Below are positions 1 through 10,368 of a DNA stretch of 64,000 bases, piece by piece (within the stretch, counting starts at the first letter, position 1; each line of letters begins with the position of its first letter). The stretch lies in assembly GCA_963702845.1 (NCBI GenBank), contig OY969763.1:5056001-5120000 (forward strand), read 5' to 3'. The stretch comes from an uncultured Verrucomicrobiae bacterium (lineage in GTDB: Bacteria > Verrucomicrobiota > Verrucomicrobiia > Limisphaerales > Palsa-1400). A program made the position numbers and the translations under genes. The notes under the pieces were generated by a model that saw only the letters and a list, made by a program, of their open reading frames with translations, ran no database searches and was not told the DNA's origin.

Positions 1-45
1 CCGGCCGCCTTTGGCAATAATTTTGGCTGTATAACGCGTCTTCAT
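1..45 (-). CDS. Possible 5' end of a gene running off the left edge (MKTRYTAKIIAKGGR...)
   Basis: ATG at 45 on the minus strand, open to the edge, divergent from the gene at 189; too short to identify. Confidence 0.3.
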   Translation of the reverse strand, partial: MKTRYTAKIIAKGGR

Positions 46-188
46 AGAACCCGTGGAAGGTAAAACAACTCCTGTTATAATCTCGCGCAGAATAGTAATT
101 CCGAAATCAGGTGTGAGCCTGAAAATGTGTTGGGGAATTGCTTTTAACGACATTGATACAGGAACAGAGGCGACGCAAAATAGGCGTG

Positions 189-1922
189 ATGCTTACTGCC
201 CAGAAACGTTCGTGGCTTATCTGCCTCGCCTTGATCGGATTGATCGCGGCGGTTTACTGGCCGGTGCAGCATTTCGAATTTCTTCTCTACGACGACACGA
301 TTTACGTCAGCCTCAATGAGCACGTGCACCGGGGATTGAGTTGGTCGCAGGTTGCGTGGGCGTTCACGACGCGCGAATGCAATATGTGGCATCCGCTGAC
401 GTGGTTGTCCCATTTACTCGATTGGCAATTATTCGGAAACGACGCTGGCAAACACCACATCGCGCCCGTGCTGTTTCACATCGGCAGCGGTATTGCATTG
501 TTCTTTGCGTGGAAGCGGATGACGGGCAAGCCGTGGGTGAGCGCGTTCGCGGCGGCAGTGTTCGCATTGCATCCATTGCGGGTGGAATCGGTGGCGTGGG
601 TCGCCGAACGCAAGGACGTGACAACTGGGTTTTTTTCAATGCTGACGTTGTTGGCGTACGCACATTACGCGACGACGCCCGCGACTGACCGGACTCGACG
701 GTGGCGGATGTATTGCCTGACGATTGTGGCCTTCATTTGCGGGTTGATGTGCAAGCCGATGCAGGTGACGTGGCCGGCGGCGTTGTTGTTGTTGGATTTT
801 TGGCCGCTGAAGCGATTTGCGATTTCGGATTTACGATTTACGAGCACGTTCAGGAAAGTGTTGCTGGAAAAAGTCCCATTAATCGTGCTCGCGTTCGCGG
901 CGGTCCCGGTGACGATCTGGGCGGCGCGGGAAGGTTCAGGTTCGATGACCGGACTGGATAAAGTCCCGTTCGACGCTCGCGTCGCGAATGCCTTTGTCGC
1001 GCATTTGCATTATTTGAAATCGTTTGTGTGGCCAACCGACCTTGCGGCGCAATATCCACATCCGATTCATTGGCCGACGTCTGTCGTGGCGGTGGCGTTG
1101 ATTGTGTTTGTCGCGCTTACAGTGTTTTCGTTGGCGATGTATAAACGGCAGCCGTGGTGGTTGGTGGCTTGGTTCTGGATGTTGGCAACTTCGCTGCCGG
1201 TCATCGGCCTGGTGCAACTGGGCGCGCACGCCTTTGCGGATCGGTATACTTACATTCCGATGGTGGTGATGCCGCTGGCGGTGGCGATGACGGCGAGCGT
1301 TATGGCCAAGTCATTGAAGTTGCCGAATGCGGTGGTGGCTGTTGCCGGAACTGCGGTGGTGATTGCGTTGGCGGTTTCGGCGCGGACCTATCTTGCGACG
1401 TGGCAAAACACGAAGACGCTCTTCGAACGATCGTTGGCTGTGACGGAGCGGAATGCTTTTGCGCACAACAATCTTGCGGCTTACCTCGTGGAACATGGCG
1501 ATCCGGACGGCGGGATTTATCATGCACAGAAGGCGCTGGAAATTGTGCCGACGTATCCAGATCCGCACGACAGTCTCGCGTTTGGGCTGACGCAGAAGGG
1601 CCGTGATGTTGAGGCGATCCCCGAATACCAGAAGGCGCTGAGCTACGAAGGTATGCACGGTCAGGAAAGCTTGTCGCTGTTGCACAATGGTTATGGAACG
1701 TCGCTGGCGCGGACGGGACACGTTGCGGAGGCGAGTGAGGAGTTTCGGAAGTGCGTGGAAATGAATCCCACGTTGCCGGAGGGTCATTGCAACTTCGGCA
1801 TGAGCTTGTCGACGCTGGGACGGAAAGCGGAAGCGGCGGCGCAGTTTCGCGAGGCGCTGCGGCTACGGCCCAACTATGACACGGCGCAGACGATGTTGCA
1901 GAAAATTGGGCCGGCGAACTGA
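189..1922 (+). CDS. TMTC-like GT-C glycosyltransferase (putative protein O-mannosyltransferase) with C-terminal TPR repeats
   Basis: Multi-TM N-terminus with YDD acidic pair, WHPLTW, HPLRVESVAWVAERKD and ADRYTY motifs; TPRs (AHNNLA, GHCNFG); ATG at 189 preferred over TTG at 138. Confidence 0.85.
   Translation: MLTAQKRSWLICLALIGLIAAVYWPVQHFEFLLYDDTIYVSLNEHVHRGLSWSQVAWAFTTRECNMWHPLTWLSHLLDWQLFGNDAGKHHIAPVLFHIGSGIALFFAWKRMTGKPWVSAFAAAVFALHPLRVESVAWVAERKDVTTGFFSMLTLLAYAHYATTPATDRTRRWRMYCLTIVAFICGLMCKPMQVTWPAALLLLDFWPLKRFAISDLRFTSTFRKVLLEKVPLIVLAFAAVPVTIWAAREGSGSMTGLDKVPFDARVANAFVAHLHYLKSFVWPTDLAAQYPHPIHWPTSVVAVALIVFVALTVFSLAMYKRQPWWLVAWFWMLATSLPVIGLVQLGAHAFADRYTYIPMVVMPLAVAMTASVMAKSLKLPNAVVAVAGTAVVIALAVSARTYLATWQNTKTLFERSLAVTERNAFAHNNLAAYLVEHGDPDGGIYHAQKALEIVPTYPDPHDSLAFGLTQKGRDVEAIPEYQKALSYEGMHGQESLSLLHNGYGTSLARTGHVAEASEEFRKCVEMNPTLPEGHCNFGMSLSTLGRKAEAAAQFREALRLRPNYDTAQTMLQKIGPAN
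813..843 (+). repeat. 7-bp periodic GATTT array inside the CDS
   Basis: GATTT at 814, 821, 828 and 835; encodes RFAISDLRFT. Confidence 0.7.
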
Positions 1923-1926
1923 CCTC

Positions 1927-4900
1927 TTAATAATTCGGCGTATTGATCCACGTTGCGGGGGCGTTGGTTCCTTTGCGGAGGATGATGCCGGTTCCGGGAG
2001 TGAAGATTGGGGCGGAACCTACCACGGTGCTGCCAGCACCGACGCGACGCCAGGCACTGTTCCAATAGTAGTAAACCGAAGAGGAGGATTTGTTTTTGGC
2101 GGCGACGGTGTTGTCGAAGACCAATAATTCATCCGTGCGGTTTCCAGGCACTGGGCTGGGCGCAAATGCGCCGCTGCTGATCAGTTGGGAACCGTCGAGG
2201 GTCAGGGTCACCGGGCGCATGAGGCCGATGTAGTTGTCTTGTTTGCTGCTCGCATCGGGCGGGATGTTCAAGGCGATCGTGACGTTCGCGGCGATGGCAT
2301 TGCCGGCGGCGAGCAAGGTCGTGTTGGTGGAAACGTTGTGGCGGACGACAAAGGGCGTGTTCGGTTCGATGGTGTCGTCGCCGTGATCAATTGCGCCCTG
2401 ACCGACTTGTTTCCAAATGCCGGCGTGGAAGAAGTAAATCTTTGCGGCGCTCAAATTGATTCCGGCAGTCGTGATGTCGGACATGAGGATTTCGGTGTTG
2501 CGATTGCCGCTGGTAGGTGAAACGTTCACGCCGGTGCCGCCGGGGAAAACGGCATTCAGACTCCAATAGGGCTCGACGTAGATTAGATCATTGGCGACCA
2601 CTGCGGAGAGGGTGTCGCCGTTGAGATTGAGGGTGAGTGTGTTGGTCTCGTTTGAGGTTATCGGGAAAATCATTCCGTTCAGAGCGCCGGAAGCGAAACG
2701 CGCATAGTAGGTGTTCGATTGTGAACCCGAAGCGTAAACGAATTGATTGGTGGTCCACGGTTGTCCGTTCGCTTGCGCGACAGTCACGACATTGTCAGCA
2801 AAGGAAATGATTGTCGCAGACGAAGCTGCGGCGCGGACGAACGGCATCGAGATGAAGGTGTCGGAATTGCCGAGGAGCGAGAGTGAAATGAAACCAGCGG
2901 CTGGCGTTGATGTGCAGGAGGACGCGAGGCGATAGAATTTTTGCGAATTCGTGACCGATAAGTCGGTGATGGTCATTGTTGAACTACCGGAACTAACGGT
3001 GCTCACGTCGTGCCATTGGCTGTCGGTAAGATCGTCCTTCGACTGGAAGGTGTAATTGTTGGCGGGATCGACATTGAAGCTCAGGCTCGCGTTGATTCCA
3101 GGAGAAACATTGATGCTCTGCAGCGAAATAACGCAGGTGTTGATGGCGAGCGAGGCGTTCGTGCTGGTCACGGTGCCGGCGATGTTCGAGACGATGACGG
3201 AGTATGCGCCGACGTCGTTGGCGGTGATAGAGCTGCGGGTGTAACTCGAATTGTTGGCGCCGGGAATGGTGGCGCCATCTTTAAGCCATTGATAATTCAG
3301 CGGCGCAGTGCCCGCGGCAACGACGTTGAACACCACATCGGCTCCAGTGCCGCCGCTTTGCGATTGCGGTTGGGTGGTGATCGATGGGGCGACGTTGATG
3401 GTCAAGACGGCGTTAGCGCTGGTTGCGGTGCCGAGGAAATTGCTCACGACTACGGAATACGAACCATCGTCGCCGTTTTGCACGTTGGTGCGCGTGTAGG
3501 AGGTGTCGGTCGCGCCAGGAATATTCGAGGCGTTAAAACGCCATTGATAGGTCAGTGGCGCAGTGCCTGAAGCGGTCACGCTGAAGGTAGCGTTGCTGGA
3601 AAGATTGACGGCTTGCGGTTGTGGTTGAGCGGTGATGGTCGGGGAGGTGTTCACCACGAGCACAGCATCGGAACTGGTGGCGGAACCGCTGGCGTTGGTG
3701 ACGACAACCGAATAGCTGCCGGCGTCGGAGCCTTGAGCGTTTGATCTGGTGTAAGACGTTGAGGTCGCACCAGGGATGTTACTGGCGTTGAAACGCCATT
3801 GATAATTCAAAGGCGTTGTTCCGCTGGCGGCGACGTTAAACGTTTGGCTCGCGCCTTGATTGATTGTTCCGCCTTGCGGTTGCGAAGTAATCGACGGCGC
3901 GACGTTGAGGAGCAGGAGCACGTTTCCACCAACAACGGCAATGGACGCGGGTTTGCCGCCGAGCGCGGTGCCGGTGACAGTGAACGCACCGGACGCGGCG
4001 ACGTTGCCAGTGGTTTGTTGGATCAGGGTGTAGGTGCCGTCGGCGAGGGCGCTGCCGTTAACGGTCAGAGCGTTGCCGGTAAGAGTGAGTGTGCCTTGCG
4101 AAATGGTGAGCGCAGGGTGGACGCCGTCGAAATTCAAAGTGATTGGGCGTGAGCCGAGGTTAACGGTTGTTCCGCCTTTGATTGTCGAAGCGGACGTCGC
4201 GCCGCTCGCACTCAGAGTCGTGCTACTGCTGAGCGCAAATGATGAAATCGCTGAAACATCTAACGTCGCTCCTGCCGCAAGAACGATGACCGGCGTGTTG
4301 TTGATCGAGCCAGTGCTCGCGAGCGCCAATGTTCCCGCGTTGATTGTTGTGTTCCCAGTGTAGGTATTGACGCCGCTCAAAATGAGCGTGCCAGTGCCAG
4401 TCTTCGCAATCGCAACAGTGCCGCCGCCATTTTGAATCGTGCCGTCAAATGTGCTGGTCGCATTGTTGTTGCCGATGGTGAGCGTGCCAGCGCCGGTTCC
4501 GCTCGCGACCGTTCCATCACCGCTGAGGCCGTTGATCGTTTGCGCCTTGCCATTGAGATCAAGAAGACCCAGCCATGCGGCGTTGATGATGACGTTGCCG
4601 AAACCGGAGCCGTTCGGAATCACGGCGGCTGCGCCAAGCTTCAGCCATGCTTGCGTTCCCGTTGCGAAATATCCGGGCCCATTGGTGCCGATGATGGTGT
4701 TGCCAGTGTAATTGTTGGCGGCGTTGTTCAGCACGACGGGCGAGCTGTCCAGGTTGATCAGCAGCGGACCGGAGCCGCTCAATTTTGCGCTGAGGGTGAC
4801 GGCGTTTGTTGCAAAATAGCCCGCATCGATGTAACCGCCACTTGCGCCGAGGGTGATGGTGCGACTCGATGTGATGGCGGGTTGCGAATTGTTGTTCTTC

Positions 4901-6798
4901 AAGCAACCACCGTTGAGCGTCAGGCCGGCGGTGGAGGAGCCAAGTCCCGAATCCGCATTGAGACACAAGGTGCCGCCGTTGCTGACGGTGGTGCCGCCAG
5001 TGAAGGTGTTGACTCCGGTGAGGACGAGCGTACCGGCATCAGCGACACGCACTGGGCCTCCGCCGCTAATGATGCCGGACAGTGTTTGTAGGGCGGTGCT
5101 GCTATCAATAAAGGTTCCGCCGTTGACGATTGCGCCTGAATACGAGCCGCTGCCCAGCTTGCCGGTGCCGTCGATCTGCAAGACAGCGGGAGAGGTGATC
5201 GTCGTTGTGCCGGTGTAGGTGTTAGTTCCACTAAGAACAATTGTTCCCGAGTGGTATACGGTGAATCCATGAGCGCCGCTAAGACTTCCGGCGAGGATTG
5301 TTTTATTACCGGCGGTGGTACCGCCACCCAGTGTAACTTGTGCGGCACTCATATTCCAATCACCCGTCAGCGTGAGCCCCGCTGCATTGCCCCAGATGTC
5401 GTTGGTTGTTGCTGACGCGATAATAAAATCATTAGGCACCGTGACGGCAGAGCTTCCCTCCAATTTCAGATCGCCACCATTGCCGTAGTTCCACAAAGTA
5501 ATGGAGCCGGTGCCAAAAGCGTCACCATTGTTAAAATTGACGGTGCCACTGAATGGATTGGAACCAGCGGCTGCGGTGAAAAAGCCTAATACGGTTCCAC
5601 CGGAATACGTATTTGATCCGTGCAAATACGTTGTGCCGTTACCTTCCGGGAACATTTGCCCCGAACCCGCGATGTTAACGTTAATGCGCATGATAGCCGA
5701 AGCACCGTCGCTGGAATTGTGTGCGTCCAAACCTTGAGCACCACTGGCGAGGTTGATGGTGCCTGTGCCGGTAATGGTCACGTCACACGCGTTTGGAGTT
5801 AGCGGACCATCGAAAAATCCGGCGACGGTATGGCTCGAATTCATCGTCACCGTAAAGGCTGGAGTGCCGCTGCCAGTGTGCACGCCGAATACGGCCGCCT
5901 TGCCGTTCACCCAGCCAACTGGTGTCGCCAAACCGGATGGACCATAACTCCACTTGGTGGTTTCCCATGTGCCGGTCATCGAGCTGGTATACGGGTTTGC
6001 GCCGGTGGTGCCTTGAGGATCCCAGTAGAACAGCGGCGAGTTGGTATTTGATCCAACAGTCCATGCCGCGACTGTAGTACCGTTGAACACGTCCTTATCG
6101 ATGTTGCCGGAATAGCCGGTGATTCCGCCGGTGGAATCGTATTGCCAAAAATCCCATGCGCCGGAGCCCCAACGTTCGCAACTGCTGCAAGATGTCCAGG
6201 GGTGCTGGTTTGTGCGCTGTTCCCGCTGTAGTTGGCTATGTCCGCACCCCACTGGCCGACCGAGCTATCGAACCCGCACGCGTTACAAGCGCTGACGTAG
6301 ATGATAGGCGTGAGCGAGAGCGACCCGGCCCCTTGCCCATCTGCGACGATGTCTGTGCACCAGTCGTTGCACCAATCAGAAACGCTGGTTGATCCGACGT
6401 GACCGCTGAAGGCAGAACCTTCGACGTCCAACATGGGCATCAGGGTAAGACCGTCGGATTTTGTCCAAGTCGCGGCGCGGCCCCAAAAATGGCTGGCTTC
6501 TGTGGCGGCGGAATTGAGTTCGGGATGGGCGTAGTGATATGAACCCATGATGATGCCAGCGGCTTTACCGTTTTGCATGTGCGCCGTGTAGGTGCTGTCG
6601 TTGACGCCCTGGCCTTCGGTCGCTTTGGCCCAAGCGAACGTGATGCCGCCGCTTTTTATTGAGGGCCAGTTCATCGAGGAGTCGGGCTGAAAGCTGGAAA
6701 CGTCGATGCCAAGCGGACGAGCTGCGTGAGCAGTGTTGCTGATGGCTAGCAGTACCAATCGCGAACAAGGGAACGGAGGCAGAACGGCACAATTTCAT
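1927..6798 (-). CDS. Large exported protein: signal peptide, GH25 lysozyme, autotransporter-associated beta-strand repeats, 3 Ig-like domains, FYRL-type domain and TIGR02597-like C-terminal domain; split by two apparent frameshifts (~6760 and ~6200)
   Basis: GIDVSSFQ and LDVEG (GH25 DxE) in ORF 5976-6758; WDFWQY...IDKDVFNG continues in ORF 1927-6252; repeated L(S/T)G.NT(Y/F)TG.T motifs; three P(S/T)IT.QPQ Ig units; ATG at 6798 (MKLCRSASVPLFA) joins LVLLAISNTAHA in another frame. Confidence 0.8.
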
Positions 6799-6926
6799 AA
6801 GGGCGGTCGAAGGAGTTGTAACGCCCAATGATAGGTCAGAATTATCAAGTAAATACAAGCCGAAAAGGCCGTAGCAGGGCGGCGGTGGAACTCCGACGCT
6901 GCGGACGGAAGACGAAAGAGGATTTT

Positions 6927-6958
6927 GAGTCGGTAAGTCAGTGAGTCGGTGAGTCGGA
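6927..6958. repeat. 8-bp tandem repeat (GAGTCGGT, 4 degenerate units)
   Basis: gagtcggt aagtcagt gagtcggt gagtcgga. Confidence 0.8.
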
Positions 6959-7074
6959 GCGCATGAAAAAGGTGCAAAAACAGGGGTCAAAACAGCCTGT
7001 GAAAATGCACGAAACGCAAGCGGGCCTTGATAATTGTACGTTTTCGATGCGGTTTTAAAAAATATTTTTTTTGA

Positions 7075-7124
7075 TGACCGTAGGTGACTTTAGCTGACCG
7101 TAGGTGACAATCAGTGACTTTTTA
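7075..7124. repeat. 10-bp phased array, 5 units starting TGAC
   Basis: TGAC at 7075, 7085, 7095, 7105 and 7115; TGACCGTAGGTGAC occurs twice. Confidence 0.85.
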
Positions 7125-7350
7125 TGGACCGCAGCCACAGACTTCTGATGTCGGGGCTCGCTTCGCTCGATGACTTTTTCCGAATTTTTGGCGCGTAACA
7201 GTTTGGAGTTCAGGAGGTCAGGCCAAGATAAGTGTGCTTCGACGATGGATTTTTGGATGAAAATGGGTGCTTGCGTGATGTTGAACGTGTTGGTTGGCAA
7301 TTCGTTGTGCAAGTGAAGCTTCTTTATTGTAGGGGTGGGTATCCCCCCTC

Positions 7351-7414
7351 CAATTATGCGGAGTTTTACGGTATTTTGCGGAGTCTTGCGGTAAGTTACG
7401 GCAATTTGCGGAGC
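7351..7414. repeat. 10-bp phased array, 6 units with TRCGG core
   Basis: caattatgcg gagttttacg gtattttgcg gagtcttgcg gtaagttacg gcaatttgcg. Confidence 0.85.
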
Positions 7415-7483
7415 CGAAGCCGAACGTCGACCTCGCGTGCAAAAAGGGTCATTCATAATTTCAGATTTCGAATTTCAAAAGGA

Positions 7484-7509
7484 GACCGCCTGAAGGCGGG
7501 ACTCCATAC
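7484..7509 (-). repeat. REP-like palindrome (TGGAGTCCCGCCTTCAGGCGG)
   Basis: ccgcctgaaggcgg hairpin with an adjacent GGAG tetranucleotide on the minus strand. Confidence 0.55.
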
Positions 7510-7703
7510 GGGCTGCACAACGGGTGCAACCGGGGGCAATTATGGCAGGAAGAAGCTACTCGTCAAAAGCTGTAGGGAAAGGAGGGAAACCAGGGAAAGA
7601 AATGGCAGTTTTTTATAACTAAATTTGTCAACTGAACGTGGTTGGCATGGATTTTGACCCAGGGGTCAACACTACGGATGGTAGATTGAATCGCGAGGGG
7701 TTG

Positions 7704-9535
7704 TTATTTCGAGGAACGTAAGGCTTGGAGTTGCTGGCTGGCTTCGGGGTAGTTCGGTTTTTGTTTTATGGCGAGAAGGTATTCGGCTTCGGCTTCGGCT
7801 GACTTGCCTTGGCGGGCGAGGACGAAACCCAAGGCGAAATGGGCTTCGGGGTTTTCGGGCTTTATCTCGATGGATTTGCGAAATTCCTGGATGGCTTCGT
7901 CTGGTTTTCCACGTTGAGCGAGGGCGTTGCCAAGATTGTAGTGGCCCTGAGGATCGTCTGGGTTCAAGTGCAGGCATTCTTTGAATTCAGAAATTGCGGC
8001 ATCAAATTTTGCCTGCGCGGCGCCGGTTTTGCCTTGAGCGAGCAGGTTGTTTGCCTGGACGGCGTAGGAGTTGCCGAGATTGCCGTGGGCGCTGGCGCAG
8101 TGGTCGTTGCTGCGAAGCGCGATACGAAAATGTTCAATCGCTTCGTCGAGTTGACCTTTCATCGCGAGTGCGATGCCGTAATTGTTATGAGCTTCGTCGT
8201 AGTCCGGTTGGATTTCGATCGCTTTTTTGTAATCCTCAATGGCTTGATCCTGTTCTCCTTTGGTCCAGAGGTAATAACCGACAAAGGTGTAAGCGACGTG
8301 GTTGTCGCGGGTGACGGCAAGGGCGTGGGTGAAGAGGGTTTCACCATTTTTCCAATACGCAGCCTGGATGGGGGTGAGGACGCAGCACAGGCCGATGGCG
8401 AGGACAGCACCGGTTATCCGCGCTGCGCGGTTGCGGACGAATTCGATGGACGCCCACGTAACGACGATGAACAGGCCCACCGACGGCAGGTAACTGTAAC
8501 GGTCGGCCATGGATTGAGAACCGACCTGCACCAGCCCGATCACTGGAATGAGCATTCCCAAAAACCAGAACCAACCGGTGGCCAGATACGGTCGCGTACA
8601 AAATAGCGAATAGCGATTGCTGTTATTGCAACAAGGACAACGATTGAAGTGAGGATTTGCCACAATGGCCACTGGTCAGGATACGGATAGGCGACGGAGA
8701 GACGCGCCGGCCACAATGTTTTCCCGATGTAGCGCACGTAAGCGACAAATGTATTTTCGAGGCGGTGGCCTAAACTCAGACCGCTAAGTGAGGATGCAGC
8801 GGTACGTTGGACGCAAAGGGTGACAACGCTTGAGATCAGGGCCAATGCGATGAACGGAAGTTTTTCGAGCAGCAGCGGCTTGAGAGCGGTGAGGCTTATA
8901 TTGGAACTGTTGATGCGTTTGAGCGGCCAGATATCGAGCAGCAAAAGTACAAATGGCAGTGTGACAACCATTGGTTTGCTCATCAGGGCTAACGCGAAGA
9001 ACACCAGCGCCAGAGCAAACCATTTGGTGCGTTGGGCGGGTGTTTGCACGTAGCGGACGTAGGCGGTCGCGGTCAGAATCCAAAAAAAGGTGCTTAACAC
9101 ATCTTTGCGTTCCGCGATCCATGCGACTGATTCGACGCGCAGTGGGTGCAATCCAAACAGGGCCGCAACGAAGGCGCTGGCCCAAAGCGCGCCGGTCATT
9201 CGGCGCAGCAGCAGGAACATCAGAACTGAACTAGCTGCATGCAAGAGCAGGTTGGTGAAATGGTGACCAGTCGGATTCAAGCCGTAGATCTGAACGTCGA
9301 GCATGTGCGTGATCCAGGTGAGTGGATGCCAATTGCTGGAATGCGATGTGGTGAAAGCCCATTTCAGACTGTTGACGGTGATTCCGTGCTGAAGCTGTTC
9401 GTTTTCGGTGACGTAATCCGGATCGTCGTAATTGGTGAAATCGCAGTTCAACGCTGGCGAAAAAACGCCGAAGACGGCCAACGCCAAACCGAGGCAGATG
9501 AGGATGGTCAGCGTTTTGCTCTTTGGTTGCGCCAT
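7704..9535 (-). CDS. Second TMTC-like GT-C glycosyltransferase with TPR repeats; apparent frameshift at ~8600
   Basis: YDDPDYV, WHPLTW and HPLRVESVAWIAERKD in ORF 8540-9634 (ATG 9535); LVQVGSQSMADRYSYLP and multiple TPRs in ORF 7704-8672; frame switch at an AAAA run. Confidence 0.85.
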
Positions 9536-9700
9536 GAAAGGCACATTGTGGCGGCAAATTGCGGCTGAAGAAATGAATTTTTCGGAATGTCGGCGGTTGT
9601 TTGAGGACAGAGAGTTGTCAGCCGCTTCGGGCAAGCAGGAAAAGTCAGATGATTATTAATGACAGAGGCTTAGGCCGAACGTGGGTAGCGCAGAAATCTT

Positions 9701-9726
9701 GGGACGACTTGGAAGTCGTCCCTACC
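9701..9726 (-). repeat. GTAG-type REP-like palindrome
   Basis: Minus strand GGTAGGGACGACTTCCAAGTCGTCCC, perfect 9-bp stem, just downstream of the FmdB-like gene. Confidence 0.7.
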
Positions 9727-9732
9727 GACGAT

Positions 9733-9978
9733 CTACTGTTTCTCGTATTCGCCTTTGCCGAGGCGTTTGAGGACGGTGAAGCCGGCTTTTTTGGCGTCGC
9801 TGACGGAAAGCGGTTTGAGTTTGATGGGGGAGCTGAAGGCAGAAATGACTTTGCGCACCGGCTTCTTGCAAGAGGGACAGGCTTTGAGCTCGGGAGCGCT
9901 TATCGGGCGACGCAAGGTGAAGTGGCCACCACAGACCACGCAGTTTCCATCGCAAAGTTCGTATTCGTAAAATGGCAT
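9733..9978 (-). CDS. FmdB-family zinc ribbon protein
   Basis: MPFYEYE start, CxxC...CPSC, RKVISAF. Confidence 0.85.
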   Translation of the reverse strand: MPFYEYELCDGNCVVCGGHFTLRRPISAPELKACPSCKKPVRKVISAFSSPIKLKPLSVSDAKKAGFTVLKRLGKGEYEKQ

Positions 9979-10017
9979 CAGTTTTTCTACCGAGAGCGTA
10001 AACGAAGTTGGTTTCTA

Positions 10018-10200
10018 ACGCAAAGACGCAATCCAAGTCGAGGGGTCGAAAGTCGAAAGTCGAGAGCCAAAAAGGGAACTGATAGCCGATTGGAAAATTT
10101 TACCAAAAATGCGCAACTTTTCCGGATAGCACTGCAAAGGGGCAAAGACGCAAAGAGATGAAATACGGATTTTTACCACAGAGTCACAGAGGCACAGAGA
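10018..10200. repeat. Cluster of short periodic motifs (GCAAAGAC, GTCGAAA, CACAGAG)
   Basis: aacgcaaagacgcaa; gtcgaaagtcgaaagtcgaga; gcaaaggggcaaagacgcaaag; ccacagagtcacagaggcacagaga. Confidence 0.7.
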
Positions 10201-10368
10201 TGAGAAAGAGGAGAGGAATGATGGAAAAACGACAGAACGGGATCTCACCTCAATCGCGACAACCGTTCCTCTGTGACTCTATGTTTTTTAAACGTGTGGT
10301 CAATTCTGCGGCGGTTTTATCGGAAAATTAGTTGCCCGAATTTCGAAGAAAGTGGAGACTACACATAT

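Noticed and set aside
6195..6205. Programmed frameshift or phase variation in the GH25 gene
   Set aside because: Only a G4 run, falling inside the catalytic domain; similar indels across unrelated genes point to sequencing error
7055..7456. 133-aa ORF as a real gene
   Set aside because: Made largely of 10-bp arrays (period not a multiple of 3) with no recognisable domain; left unannotated, though not excluded
7643..7657. Sigma54 promoter-like TGGCATGGATTTTGA
   Set aside because: The -12 GC is mismatched and it points into the 3' end of an opposite-strand gene
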